64,000 bases of DNA from an uncultured Chloroflexia bacterium (GCA_963774265.1 CAVZDU010000001.1:928001-992000), one strand, 5' to 3'. Positions 22,975 through 34,198 are shown, counted from the first letter of the stretch. The notes: generated from the letters alone by a model not told the origin. Made by a program: numbers and translations.

Positions 22975-23110
22975 AACCGCTGAAGACAGCAGGTGTCCGA
23001 ATCAGACCTAATCCACGGATGTGGACCTGCCGAGGCGAGGTTAGCGAAGCTTCTGAATGTGTTTTCAAGCCTCTGCGCCTGTCTGTCCTCGGCACAGAGG
23101 CTTTTTTGTT
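22975..23110 (+). promoter_or_regulatory. Ribosomal protein L10 leader
   Basis: GAAGACAGCAGG...TAA...CCTGCCGAGG core, then attenuator hairpin AAGCCTCTG...CAGAGGCTTTTTT before rplJ. Confidence 0.85.
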
Positions 23111-23139
23111 TCGGCATCTGAGGAAGGGAGGTACGTCGC

Positions 23140-23674
23140 TTGGCTATCACACGTGAGAAGAAAGAGACGCTCGTTAACGAGTATGTCGAGAAGCTGCGGC
23201 GCAGCCAGGCGGTGATCGTCACCGAGTATCGTGGGCTGACCGCGAAGCAGCTCGAGGCGTTGCGCCGCGAGCTGCGGAACGCTCAGAGTGAGCTGACGGT
23301 ATCGAAGAACACGCTGATGGCCCGGGCGCTCACGGAGGTCGGCTTGCCGGCGCCCGAGATCGCTGCTGACCGGTCCGACCGCCGTCACTTTCTGCTACGA
23401 CGAGGTGGCTGCTCCGGCCAAGGTGCTGACCAAGTGCGCCAAGGACAGCAAGATCCTGGTCCTGCGCGGCGGCATGATCGGCCAGTCGGTCTTCGATGAA
23501 GCGGGCGTGCAGGCCCTGACCGAGCTGCCCAGCAAGGATCAGCTGCGTGGCCAGGTCGTCGGCACGCTGCAGGCGCCGATCAGCGGGTTGGTCAACGTGT
23601 TGGCCGGCACACTGCGCGGCTTCATGAACGTGCTCAATGCCCGGGTCGGGCAGTTGGAGCAGCAGTCCGCGTAA
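23140..23674 (+). CDS. rplJ: 50S ribosomal protein L10 (TTG start, frameshift)
   Basis: [12 protein letters not shown] and LPSKDQL motifs. Confidence 0.95.
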
Positions 23675-23748
23675 GGCGGCTTGGTTCGAGCGGGCGATCC
23701 GCTCAAAAATACGAATCAGAACTTACTTACCCTTCAGGAGGAAATACC

Positions 23749-24136
23749 ATGACTCAGGATGAGTTGATTGCCGCAATCGAGAAGATGAGCGTGCTCGAGC
23801 TGTCCCAGCTCGTCAAGGCCCTGGAAACGAAGTTCGGCGTCAGCGCGGCTGCGCCGATGATGATGGGCGCGCATGCCCATGGGTGGCGCTGCCCCGGCGG
23901 CCGAGGTCGCCCCGGTGGAAGAGCAGACCGAGTTCGACGTGATCCTGAAGAGCTTCGGCGAGAAGAAGATCAACGTCATCAAGGTCGTCCGCGCGCTGAC
24001 CAACCTGGGCCTGAAGGAAGCCAAGGACCTGGTCGAGAGCGCTCCCGCGCCTGTGCTGACCGCCGTCTCCAAGGACGCCGCTGCCGACGCCAAGGCCAAG
24101 CTCGAGGCCGAAGGCGCCAAGGTCGAGGTCAAGTAA
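23749..24136 (+). CDS. rplL: 50S ribosomal protein L7/L12 (frameshift)
   Basis: [18 protein letters not shown] and [11 protein letters not shown] motifs. Confidence 0.97.
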
Positions 24137-24163
24137 TTTCTCGCCCCAAGAAATCTGGGCAAT

Positions 24164-24210
24164 CAGCATGCCCCGACGTCCACCCTCGCGGATGTCGGGG
24201 CTGCTTTTTT
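24164..24210 (+). terminator. Intrinsic terminator after rplL
   Basis: GCCCCGACGTCC...GGATGTCGGGGC hairpin plus T6. Confidence 0.8.
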
Positions 24211-24315
24211 CTCAAAGCTTGTCAAATAATCCTCGCTCTGCTACAATTAAGCTGAAAAGAGTGTAAGCCAGGCACTCTGCAACGTTTCCTCCAGGTGAAA
24301 CGTCAAGAGAAGGTT

Positions 24316-26226
24316 ATGACACAAGCACCGATTCACCACACGCAGCGTGCGAGTCGCCCGTCCCGGTTTGGTTTTCTGTTCTTTTTGGTCATCATCCTCG
24401 GCCTGTTCCTCCTGGCCGGGGTGAGCCTCATTGCCTGGCACCAGTGGCGCTACAATGACAAGATCTATCCGGGAATCAGCGTTGCCGGCATGCCGGTGGG
24501 CGGCTTGACCGTGGAGGAAGCCACCTCCGCGATTGACGACGCGTTGACGCCTTATCCCGGCCCGGACATCACGGTCCGTTTCGGTGACCGGAGTTGGGTG
24601 CTGTCATCGGAGTCCCTGGGTGTCTCCGTTGATGCCAGCGCCACCGCAGCGCTGGCCTTCAGGATCGGCCGGGAAGGCTTGGCGGCGACTGCCAGTGGCT
24701 CGGTCACTGACCTGCTGGCAGGCCTCAAGGAAGACACGCTGGCGCAATGGGAGGCCTTCTGGAACGGGGAGGCGCTACAGCCGGTCTTGCAGCGCGATGA
24801 GGAGCTCCTGGATATCACCTTGCAGCGTATTGCCGGGGAAGTGAACCTTACTCCAGCGGAAGGTGTCCTATCCATCGTTGGGTTGGAGGTCAGCGGCACA
24901 CCAGGCAGCGTCGGGCGATCGGTCGATGTGGCGGCGACACACAGCGCGCTGGTGACGGCGGTGCGTCGCGGGTTGGGTGGCAGCATCGACCTGGTGGTCC
25001 AGGAACATCGGCCGTCGGTCATGGCCGTTGATGTCGCGGTCACGAAGGCGAAGGCGGTGCTTGGGCGCTCGTTCATCATCGTCGCAGAAACGGTCGATGG
25101 GCTGCAGCGTTTTTCCGCCGATGCGGCGATGGTCCGCCAGTGGCTGACGCTCGCCCCCGTCTCGACGCCTGACGGTTCGGTGGATTTGGACGTGAAGCTG
25201 GACCACGAACAGGTGCAAGACTTCGTCGCTGGCATGGCGAAGCAACTGGATCGCACCCCGTATAACGCCACGCTGGATTGGGATTCGACCGCCGGCAAGG
25301 TGATCGTGCTGGAGGCCAGCCAGGTCGGGCAGAAGGTCGATGTCGAAGCGGGGGTTGCAGCGATAGAGGCGGCACTCGCCGCGCCCGTGTCCGTCGATAC
25401 CAAGGGATCACCTGCTCCGCAAGAGATCAACTTGCCCATAACGACTGTGTCCCCGACAATCGACAGCAACCGGGTGGCCGAGATGGGCATCGTTGAGCTG
25501 GTCAGCGAGGGGACGAGCTCGTTCAAAGGCTCGCCAGCTGAACGGGTGCACAATATCGCCAATGCGGCCGACAAGTTCCAGCACGTGGTCGTGCCGCCCG
25601 ACGAGCAGTTCTCGTTCAACCAAAACGTGGGCGACGTGACTGCGGCGAATGGCTTCGAGGATGCGCTGGTGATCGCGGGCGACCGCACTGCGGTGGGCAT
25701 CGGCGGTGGTGTGTGCCAGGTGTCGACCACTGCGTTTCGCGCGGCTTTCTGGGGAGGTTTCCCGATCACCGAGCGCTGGGCGCATGGCTACGTCGTGAGC
25801 TGGTACGGTCAGCCGGGAATGGACGCGAGTATTTACACGCCCAACGTCGATTTTCGGTTCAGGAATGATACGGGGCACTTCATCTTGATCAAGGCCGCGG
25901 TCAACAAAACAAAGGGGACGATCACCTTTTCCATTTACGGTACGAAGCCGGACCGGACCGTGGAAATGACCGGCCCGGTGGTGAGCAATGTTAAGGCGCC
26001 GCCGTCCCCGCTGTACCAGGAAGATCCAACCCTGAAGACGGGACAGATCAAGCAGATTGACTGGGCGAAAGAGGGGATGGACGCGGTGGTCACCCGCATC
26101 ATCCACTACGGTGACGGTAAGGTGCGCGAGGAGAAGATCGTCAGCAAGTACCGGCCGTGGCAGGCCGTGTATCTGTATGGACCGGGGACCTCCGTGCCGG
26201 GGCGGGCCGGCGACGCCAATCCATAG
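24316..26226 (+). CDS. VanW family protein with PG-binding repeats and G5-like C-terminus
   Basis: N-terminal TM, IYPGISVAG, FSFNQNVG, GGGVCQVSTT and DFRFRNDT motifs. Confidence 0.9.
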   Translation: MTQAPIHHTQRASRPSRFGFLFFLVIILGLFLLAGVSLIAWHQWRYNDKIYPGISVAGMPVGGLTVEEATSAIDDALTPYPGPDITVRFGDRSWVLSSESLGVSVDASATAALAFRIGREGLAATASGSVTDLLAGLKEDTLAQWEAFWNGEALQPVLQRDEELLDITLQRIAGEVNLTPAEGVLSIVGLEVSGTPGSVGRSVDVAATHSALVTAVRRGLGGSIDLVVQEHRPSVMAVDVAVTKAKAVLGRSFIIVAETVDGLQRFSADAAMVRQWLTLAPVSTPDGSVDLDVKLDHEQVQDFVAGMAKQLDRTPYNATLDWDSTAGKVIVLEASQVGQKVDVEAGVAAIEAALAAPVSVDTKGSPAPQEINLPITTVSPTIDSNRVAEMGIVELVSEGTSSFKGSPAERVHNIANAADKFQHVVVPPDEQFSFNQNVGDVTAANGFEDALVIAGDRTAVGIGGGVCQVSTTAFRAAFWGGFPITERWAHGYVVSWYGQPGMDASIYTPNVDFRFRNDTGHFILIKAAVNKTKGTITFSIYGTKPDRTVEMTGPVVSNVKAPPSPLYQEDPTLKTGQIKQIDWAKEGMDAVVTRIIHYGDGKVREEKIVSKYRPWQAVYLYGPGTSVPGRAGDANP

Positions 26227-26232
26227 CGCAGT

Positions 26233-26601
26233 TCAGTATGCGCCAATCTCATGGAGCCGGTCGTCATCGATCCCGAAATAGTGAGCCAGCTCGTGCAGGA
26301 CCACCCGGTGCACCAACTGGCGGAGTTCTTGGGGCGTGCTGCACTGCGCCTCGATCGGTTTTTGATAGATGCTGATCTTGTCCGGTGACACCAGGCTGTA
26401 GTTCGTCGTACGCTCTGTCAGGGGCACGCCGTGATAGAAACCCAGTAAGTTGAACCTGGAGCGCACGCGAGCCATTCGCATGGTGTTCCACGATGGCCAT
26501 TGTTCGATTACAATCTCGACATTGTCGAGCGCCTCGTGGAACATTTCAGGCATCGATTCCAGCGCTTCGAGCACGAGTGCTTCAAATTGATCGCTATCCA
26601 T
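26233..26601 (-). CDS. Minimal zincin-like metallopeptidase family protein
   Basis: LLGFYHGVPL and HELAHYFG motifs. Confidence 0.88.
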   Translation of the reverse strand: MDSDQFEALVLEALESMPEMFHEALDNVEIVIEQWPSWNTMRMARVRSRFNLLGFYHGVPLTERTTNYSLVSPDKISIYQKPIEAQCSTPQELRQLVHRVVLHELAHYFGIDDDRLHEIGAY

Positions 26602-26621
26602 GTTGAGGTAACCCTTCCCAC

Positions 26622-27530
26622 ATGACGTTAACTGATTATCGCGATCGCGCGAGCGTGATGATTTGGGCCGTCCTGATGGGCTTGGCCGCGCAGCATTTTC
26701 TTTTCTTGCCTGAACGTTCCTTCACAACCGAGGTGTTTGGCTCTCCCATCACATTGACGATCACGGCCAACACGATCCTTGCCGCCCTGCTGGCTGGACT
26801 GGTGGCCACCGGCATCGAAGCGATCGTGCGCTCCCATCCGAAGAGCGAGAGCGAGCTGGCCACCGATCGACGCCAGGAATCACTCGCCAGCAGCGCCACC
26901 CCAGGCCCCGCATCGATCCTGACCGCACAGGAACGGGCGGAGCTGGTGATGCGCAGCCACTGGGTGTATTGGGGCACCCCGATCGCCCTGATTCTGGTGG
27001 CGGTTTTTCTGTTGCCCGTGGCGCCGTCGTCCGTTTACTGGGTGTTGGGCCTCATCGGTACGGGGATCGCTTTAGGCCTGGCAGTGGCCGGCATATACTA
27101 CACGATTGACCCGTTCCAGACCGGATACCGGCGCGCGCGCCTGGGCATGAATGCTCTCACCTATGCGCTGGCGCTCGTGCTCTTTCTTGTCGTTTATCGA
27201 ACCCGTGTGCGCAGCATTGTCTCTGCGACCGAAGTGTTGCTCGTCAGCAGCCTGCTGGCGCTTGAACTTCTGCGAGGCAGCGCGCGACCCACCGTGATGG
27301 TGGCCATCTACGCGGCCATCACCGGGCTCGTGCTGGGTCAAGCCACCTGGGCGCTCAACTACTGGCGGCTGGACAGCCTGACCGGCGGTCTCGTCCTGCT
27401 CGTCCTCTTCTACGACGTCGTTGGCCTCTCGCAGCACGCGCTGCAAGGAAGGATCAGGCGGCGCATCGTCCTGGAGTACGCGCTCATTACGATCACTGCA
27501 ATTGCGTTCATCTGGGAATTCGCCCCCTGA
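26622..27530 (+). CDS. Polytopic membrane protein of unknown function
   Basis: 302 aa with about 9 hydrophobic segments. Confidence 0.75.
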   Translation: MTLTDYRDRASVMIWAVLMGLAAQHFLFLPERSFTTEVFGSPITLTITANTILAALLAGLVATGIEAIVRSHPKSESELATDRRQESLASSATPGPASILTAQERAELVMRSHWVYWGTPIALILVAVFLLPVAPSSVYWVLGLIGTGIALGLAVAGIYYTIDPFQTGYRRARLGMNALTYALALVLFLVVYRTRVRSIVSATEVLLVSSLLALELLRGSARPTVMVAIYAAITGLVLGQATWALNYWRLDSLTGGLVLLVLFYDVVGLSQHALQGRIRRRIVLEYALITITAIAFIWEFAP

Positions 27531-27595
27531 CAATGCAAAGGCGGCAAGCCGCTCATGCCTGCCGCCTTAAATGATCACTCCGTCCGCTCCAGGGC

Positions 27596-28240
27596 CTAAG
27601 TCTCACGTACGTCCAGAATCTCCAGGACCAGGGGTTTCACTGCCTTGAGCAGTTCTTCCTGGGAGATGTCTGCCACCTTCAAATGCGCGCCCCAGTTGCT
27701 TGGATCTTCCCCTTCGAAGACGTTGAAAGCCACGATCAGCCCACCGGCTTCCGCGATGGCGGTGCTGATCCGTGCCAGGGAACCCTTGAAATAGGGGGCC
27801 AGGACGCTCAGGCGAATGCCTTTGTGGAAGCCTCCCAGGACTTCCGTGAAGACCCGGAAGATGTCCGATTCAGTGATGATGCCAACCACAGCATCCCCGC
27901 GCATTACCGGCAGACCGCCGATCTTGTTATCCAGCATCAACTTCGCCGCTTCCTCCAACGGCGTATCTTCGGTCACCGTAAGGACCTTCTTTGTCATTAC
28001 ATCCTTGACCTTGACCTGGGAGAGCAGGTAGGATATTTCCCACACGTTCAGGGACGTCACGCCGGAGGGCCCTGCGCGCAACAGGTCATCCAGGCTGACG
28101 ATGCCGACAAGCTTGCCCGCAGGGTTGAGGACCGGATAGCGGCGCACCCGCTCGCGCTGCATCCGTTCGGTGGCTTCGGCTACGCTGCAATCCTGGAGAA
28201 CGGTCTTGGGATCATGGGACATTCGACGGCCGACTAGCAT
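27596..28240 (-). CDS. CBS-pair + ACT domain protein (AcuB-like)
   Basis: Two CBS repeats (GKLVGIVS; KIGGLPV..VGIITESDIF). Confidence 0.88.
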   Translation of the reverse strand: MLVGRRMSHDPKTVLQDCSVAEATERMQRERVRRYPVLNPAGKLVGIVSLDDLLRAGPSGVTSLNVWEISYLLSQVKVKDVMTKKVLTVTEDTPLEEAAKLMLDNKIGGLPVMRGDAVVGIITESDIFRVFTEVLGGFHKGIRLSVLAPYFKGSLARISTAIAEAGGLIVAFNVFEGEDPSNWGAHLKVADISQEELLKAVKPLVLEILDVRET

Positions 28241-28373
28241 GGCTGGACACCCTTTCATCGTGGATTGACAAGCTCGTAAGAATGAATTTTACTCTAGCAT
28301 GGCCTGTCCCCACTGTCAAAGCGACATCACTCGTTTCCATACGGATGTGATTGAAATCACTAACAGAAAGCGC

Positions 28374-28413
28374 TTGACAAGCCGTATCCGGCACGATATA
28401 CTGAGAGTATATC
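28374..28413 (+). promoter_or_regulatory. sigma70 promoter with overlapping palindromic operator
   Basis: TTGACA(28374)-17-TATACT(28397); palindrome GATATACT-GAG-AGTATATC at 28395-28413. Confidence 0.8.
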
Positions 28414-28515
28414 TGCAGCTTATCTTACCATAGCCTCTTTAGAGTCAGCAACCGTTTAGTAAGCAGAGTCTCGTGCCAAAGCCCTTGCCCATATCAGCCC
28501 CTGAGGAGGGACATT

Positions 28516-29458
28516 GTGGTCACTCTGTACTTCGCCACAGACGTACACGGGTCAGACGTATGCTGGAAGAAATTCATCAACGCCGGCAAGTTCTATCAAG
28601 CCCAGGTGATTGTCCTGGGCGGGGACATGACTGGCAAGGCTATCGTGCCCATTATTCACCAGGGCGGCGACACCTACAAAGCCGTTTTGTTGCAGCAGGA
28701 GTCTATGCTGCATGGTGAGGCTGAAGTGGAGGACATGGCTCAGAAGATCACTAGCCGCGGCTACTACCCCTATCGCACTACCCCCGATGAAATCACCGAA
28801 CTGACCGGGTCGCCAGAAAGTGTCGATCGTATTTTCCGCCAAGAAGTCATGAAGCGAGCAGAGAGCTGGCTGGCATACGCCGAACAGAGGCTGGCGGGCT
28901 CCGGCATGGCCTGTTATGTCGCGCCCGGCAACGACGACATGTTTGAGCTGGACGAGCTCATTCGCGTCACGAAACATATCCGGCTGGCGGAAGGCGATGT
29001 GGTCCAGATCGACGATAACCATGAGATGATCAGCTCGGGATGGAGTAACATCACGCCGTGGCACACCTTCCGCGAAGAAGAAGAGCCGGATTTGCGGCGC
29101 CGCTATGATGCCATGCTGAAGAAATTGAAAGACCCGCGACGCAGCATTTTCAACCTGCACGTGCCACCCTATGGCTCCACCCTGGATGAAGCGCCCGAGT
29201 TAACCCCGGACATGAAGCCGAAGGACGCTGGGCGCTCGCTCATTCCGGTTGGCAGCCATGCGGTGCGCGACATCGTCAACGAGTACCAGCCGGTGCTGGG
29301 GCTATTCGGGCACGTTCACGAGGCCAAGGGCGCGATCCGGATGGGTCGGACTTTGTGCATCAACCCCGGCAGCATGTACGAGCAGGGCCGGCTGCTGGGA
29401 GCTGTGATCGTCCCTGGATCGCGACAAGGTCAAGAACTACATCCTGACGACCGGTTGA
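28516..29458 (+). CDS. Icc-related metallophosphoesterase (frameshift near 3' end)
   Basis: TDVHG, GGDMTGK, PGNDD, HVPPY, GHVHE and INPGS motifs. Confidence 0.88.
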
Positions 29459-29689
29459 TGTGCTCGAACATCTGCCGGGGAAGTAGTCTCATGCGCCGCC
29501 GGCAGGTCCGGCAGTGTGCTGAAGGGAGGTGGTTCGCCGCGAAGGGTTGACATTCTGACGGGAATCCTGCGAACAGGGTGACCGTCGCAGTCACAGATCG
29601 AGAGGATCTCTCGTTCTGTGCAGTCGTATCGTCGTTCGCCTCTTCTGGGGCAAGCTGCCTGGCATCCTTCGGACAAGGAGGTCCTCCAA

Positions 29690-31341
29690 ATGGCACAAGT
29701 CAAGTCTGCAGATTCCAGCCTGTTTCTGCGCAAAGCAACCGGGTCTGGTGCGATCATGGTCCGTCTTCGACGCCTTCGTCTACGCGTTCTTCTCGATCAA
29801 CCTGGTCACCCTGGGGCTCTACAGCTTCAGCCAGATGTACTACTTCGAGGGCGGGTTGCTGCCGACGCTGCTTCGTCAGCGCCGTGTTCATGATCTTCGA
29901 GATCATCGTCTACGCCAGCCTGATCTCAGTCATGCCGCGTGCCGGCGGCGACTACGTCTGGCAGAGCCGTATCCTGGGCGGCGGGATCGGCTTCGTGCTG
30001 GCCGTCACCGGCTGGTGGTTCATCCTGTGGCTGTGGGTGCCGCTCTACACCGATATGCTTCGCCAGCTTTTCTTCACTCCGCTGCTCGGCATCTTGGGCT
30101 GCGAGGGGCCGCCCTGTGGTTCTCTCAGACAACCGATCGCGGACTTCGTCACGGTGCTCATCATGTGTGCGCTGCGTCACCTTCTTCATCGCCATGGGCA
30201 TGAAGTGGTACTCGCGGTTCCAGAAGTTCTGCTTCTGGATCAGCATGGCGGGATTGCTGGTCGTGCTCGGCTTCCTGCTCTTCGGAAACAACGCAAGCTT
30301 CCAGAGCGGGCTCGAGCGAGAAGCGGTGGCGATGTTCGGTGCACAGCCGGGCGTGTACGAGGCGACTCTCAAGGCGGGCGAAGAAGCCGGCGCCATTGCG
30401 CCTCTGATGGGTGGCGGCATGGCTGCGATCTTCCTCGCCATGGGCTACATCACCTTCTTCAACCTGTGGCCCAACTGGGGCGCTACGCTCTACGGCGAAG
30501 TCCGCGGCGCGACCGACTTCAAGCGCAACTTCTGGGGCATGGCCTCGGCCCTGATCGCCACCACCGATCTTGGGGGCCGTCTTCTTTCTTGCTCATCGAG
30601 AAGACGATGACGTGGAAGTGGTTCATGGCGGCCAATGGCGCCTGGTGGAACTACGCTGGGGTTACACGGACGTAGTGCCGCCACTCCCGGTCTGGCCCTA
30701 TCCGGCGATGCTTGCCGGTTTCATGATGAACAGCCGCGTGCTCCAGTTCATCGTCGTGCTGGCGATGAGCGCGTGGTGGTTCGGCTGGTCCGGCACGGTG
30801 TTCCTCAGCTCAACCCGCGTCATCTTCGCAGCAGCCTTCGACCGCTTGCTGCCTGAGAAGGTGGCCGAGGTGGAACCGCGCACGCGCACGCCGATCTACG
30901 CGCTGATGCTGATGGTGATCCCTTCGATCGTCATCGGCGCGCTGTTTGCCTGGAACATATTCAACTTCCAAATCCTTGACCCTCTGCTCGACCCTGGTGA
31001 TCGCCGTGACGTACCTCGGCTCGACCGTCGCCGCGATCCTGCTGCCCTTCATCAAGCGCGACCTGTACGAGGCCTCGCCGATCGCCAAGTACAAGGTCTT
31101 CGGCATCCCGTTGATCAGCGTCGCCGGCGTGATCTTCGGCGCCTTCCTGTTCTTCCTGCTCTACCAGTGGCTCATCGACCCGAACGAACTCTACGGCATC
31201 GGCTACCGCAACACGAGCTCGATGATCTACATGGGCGCGATGTACCTGCTGGCCTTGGTGATCTACGTCGGCTTCAAGGCGTACCGGCGCCGCCAGGGCA
31301 TCGACATCAACAAGATCTACGACGAGATTCCGGTCGAGTAA
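29690..31341 (+). CDS. APC-family amino acid/amine permease (multiple frameshifts)
   Basis: LFLRKATG, MPRAGGDYVWQSR, GEVR, RVIFAAAFDRLLP and C-terminal IPVE. Confidence 0.88.
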
Positions 31342-31437
31342 GATTGAAGATCGAAGCTTGAAGATTGAGGGTTCAAGAGTCTTTGGTGGAAACCCATTCG
31401 ACTCTCGAACCTTCAGTTACGAAGGGTCGGACGCCGC

Positions 31438-32220
31438 ATGACTACTGAGAATCATCCAGCTGCGACACTGCCGCTTCTTGAAGATGAGATGCACCGTCTG
31501 GTCGGTGAGGCGCAGAACAGACGGCATCTTTCTCCGCCTCGTCGGCGGCCTGGCCGTTAAGGTGCACTGCGAGCGTGCCGTGCACCGCGCGCTGAGGCGC
31601 GACTATCCGGACATCGATTTCGTGACCGACAAGAGCGGCGCTCTCCGCTTGGAGGCGTTCCTCAAGGGCATGGGCTACACGCCCAACAAGACGTTCAACA
31701 CGCTCAGCGGCGACCGGCGCCAGCTCTACTACGATGACGGCGCGGAACCGGCAGATCGATATCTTTATCGGCGACTTCCAGCATGTGCCACAAATTGCCC
31801 CTGTCAGACCGGCTGCATGTCGAGCCGCTGACGATGCCCCTGGCAGAGCTGTTCCTGACGAAGGCCCAGATCGTGGAGCTGAACCGGAAGGACGTGCTCG
31901 ATCTGCTGGCGTTGCTGCTCGATCACGAGGTGGGACCTGGCGAAACGGAGACGATCAACAGCCAGGTCATCTCGTCCCTCTGCGCCAAGGACTGGGGCCT
32001 TTACACCACGGTGAATATGACCATCGGGAAAATCCGTGACTTTATAGACCGTGGGGAGGCCGAGTTATTGAGCGAGCCGCTCAAGGAGGAGATCACTGAA
32101 AAGTTGACCGCATTGCAGGCCGCCATGGACGCGGCGCCCAAGCCCCTCGCCTGGAAAATGCGAGCGAAGCTGGGCACCCGCGTTCCCTGGTATGAAGAAG
32201 TTGAAGAAGTGCATCGCTGA
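31438..32220 (+). CDS. Nucleotidyltransferase-fold protein of unknown function (frameshifted)
   Basis: Reconstructed LRLVGGLAV..H, DYPDIDFV, IDIF and LTK...KDVLD fit the pol-beta-like GG/DxD/D pattern. Confidence 0.7.
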
Positions 32221-32229
32221 CGCAGAGAC

Positions 32230-32273
32230 GTAGAGACGTAGAGACGTAGCATGCTACGTCTCTACGTCTCTAC
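32230..32273. repeat. GTAG-type REP-like perfect 44-bp palindrome
   Basis: GTAGAGAC GTAGAGAC GTAGCATGCTAC GTCTCTAC GTCTCTAC. Confidence 0.85.
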
Positions 32274-32331
32274 AATTCGAAATCGGTTCGAACCTCGCGC
32301 CCCACAAGGACGCGCACGCGGAGTATCATCT

Positions 32332-34155
32332 ATGCCCACCAGTTATCTCAATCATTACCTCCACATCGATCTCAGCACCGGCAAGTGGACACCGTTTAGC
32401 CTGCCGCAGGAGGTGCTCACACAATACGTCGGTGGCAAGGGTGTCGGCGCTTATCTCCTGGCGCAGCATCAGGACCCCCTGGCGGAACCGTTCGATCCGT
32501 CGAATCCGTTGATCTTCATCATGGGACCGCTCACGGGCACCCAGGCGCCGTCGATGCGCTCTGGTGTCGTCTTTCAGTCGCCCGTCACCCGGTTGTTCAC
32601 TGATTCGTACTACGGCGGCTTTTTTGGACAGGAGTTACGCTCGGCCGGATATGACGGCCTGCTGATCACGGGGCGTGCGCCTGAGCTGAGCCTTCTGGAG
32701 ATCGACAACGATCGCCTGACCCTCAAGCCGGCTGCAGACCTGCAGGGGCTTGACACTTACGAGGTATACGATCGGCTGCGCCCCGCTTACCCTCAGAAGG
32801 ATTGGCGCATCGCCTGTATCGGGCCCGCCGGGGAAAACCTGGTTAAGTTCGCGGTGATCGACTGCGACCCGCACCGGCAGGCCGGTCGCGGCGGCGGGGG
32901 TGCAGTGATGGGGGCCAAGAACCTCAAAGCAATCGTCGTGCGGGGCACCCATCGCATTCCGCTCGCTGATCCCGACGCATTCAAAGTGACCTTGCGCGCA
33001 ACCCTGGCCACTATGAAGGATAACGCCTCGCTGCAAGGCTTCCGCTCCGGCGGCACCGCTGCCTCGATTCCCTGGGCTGATGTCGAGGGGCTTCTGCCGA
33101 CCCGGAACTTCCAGCGCGGCAGCTTTGCTGGCGCCGCAGCCCTGGGCGATGAGGCCCAGCGCGCCAAGTTCTGGGACAAAGACACGGCCTGCGCCGTGTG
33201 CCCGATCGCCTGCAGCAAGGATGGCAGCATCAAGGAGGGCGAGCACGCAGGACTGAAGGGTGATACGCTGGAATATGAGAGCGCAGCCATGCTGGGCAGC
33301 AACATCGAGGTGGGTGACACAATCGATGCCGTCTGTCTCGGCTTGCTGTGCGACAAGCTCGGGTTGGACACCATCTCGGCCGGCGCAGTGCTCAGCTTTG
33401 CGTGCGAGGCCGTCGAGAAGGGCTTGCTCGACGCGGATGTGCGGTTCGGCGATGCAAAGAGCCTTTCCAGCATGCTGCTTGACATTACACATCGCTACGA
33501 GGCGGGGGATCTGCTGGCCGAGGGCGTGGCCGCGGCCGCATCCAAACTGGGCGGCGATGCCCCGAACTTCGCTATCCACGTTAAGGGCCTGGAACTGCCG
33601 GCGTGGGGACCGCGCGGTGCACCCGGCATGGGGCTGGCCTACATGACCGGCGACCGGGGCGGCTGTCACCAACGCGCATTCCCCATCCTTTATGAGGTCG
33701 GCGGCGAGACCTGGAAAGGGCAGACGTACGAACGCCTGGCGCTTGACGGGAAGGCGCAGTTGCTGGCCGAGCTGCAAAACAAGCTGGCCGGGCTGGATAC
33801 CATGACCACGTGCGATTTTGCGCGCTACGGCGTCACTGAGGAACAATATCTCGACCTGTTTGCTGCCGCCACAGGCCGGCGCATCGGGCAAGACGAACTC
33901 TATCAGCTCGGCGAGCGCATCTGGAACCTGACGCGGCTCTTCAATTTGAAGGCTGGCATGACCGCGGCACAGGAGGACTTGCCGGGTCGCTTTAAGAGCG
34001 AACCCCTGGCAGACGGCCCCGCGGCCGGACACTACTTCGCCCAGGCCGATATCGAGTCGCTGCGCTCTGACTACTATGTCGTGCGCGGCTGGGATCAGAA
34101 CGGCGCGCCCACGCCAGAAAAACTCGCCGCCCTTGGGGTGGTGTATCCGCAATAA
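32332..34155 (+). CDS. aor: Aldehyde:ferredoxin oxidoreductase (W/Mo AOR family)
   Basis: GGKG, CIGPAGEN, AGRGGGGAVMGAKNLKAI, CAVCPIAC, EYES and LGLDTIS motifs. Confidence 0.93.
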   Translation: MPTSYLNHYLHIDLSTGKWTPFSLPQEVLTQYVGGKGVGAYLLAQHQDPLAEPFDPSNPLIFIMGPLTGTQAPSMRSGVVFQSPVTRLFTDSYYGGFFGQELRSAGYDGLLITGRAPELSLLEIDNDRLTLKPAADLQGLDTYEVYDRLRPAYPQKDWRIACIGPAGENLVKFAVIDCDPHRQAGRGGGGAVMGAKNLKAIVVRGTHRIPLADPDAFKVTLRATLATMKDNASLQGFRSGGTAASIPWADVEGLLPTRNFQRGSFAGAAALGDEAQRAKFWDKDTACAVCPIACSKDGSIKEGEHAGLKGDTLEYESAAMLGSNIEVGDTIDAVCLGLLCDKLGLDTISAGAVLSFACEAVEKGLLDADVRFGDAKSLSSMLLDITHRYEAGDLLAEGVAAAASKLGGDAPNFAIHVKGLELPAWGPRGAPGMGLAYMTGDRGGCHQRAFPILYEVGGETWKGQTYERLALDGKAQLLAELQNKLAGLDTMTTCDFARYGVTEEQYLDLFAAATGRRIGQDELYQLGERIWNLTRLFNLKAGMTAAQEDLPGRFKSEPLADGPAAGHYFAQADIESLRSDYYVVRGWDQNGAPTPEKLAALGVVYPQ

Positions 34156-34198
34156 TAGCAGCGCCTATTGCAATTCAATTTGGTCAAAGGAGACACCT

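Noticed and set aside
24316-26226. Vancomycin resistance locus
   Set aside because: VanW-domain proteins are widespread, and no vanHAX or vanRS genes are present.
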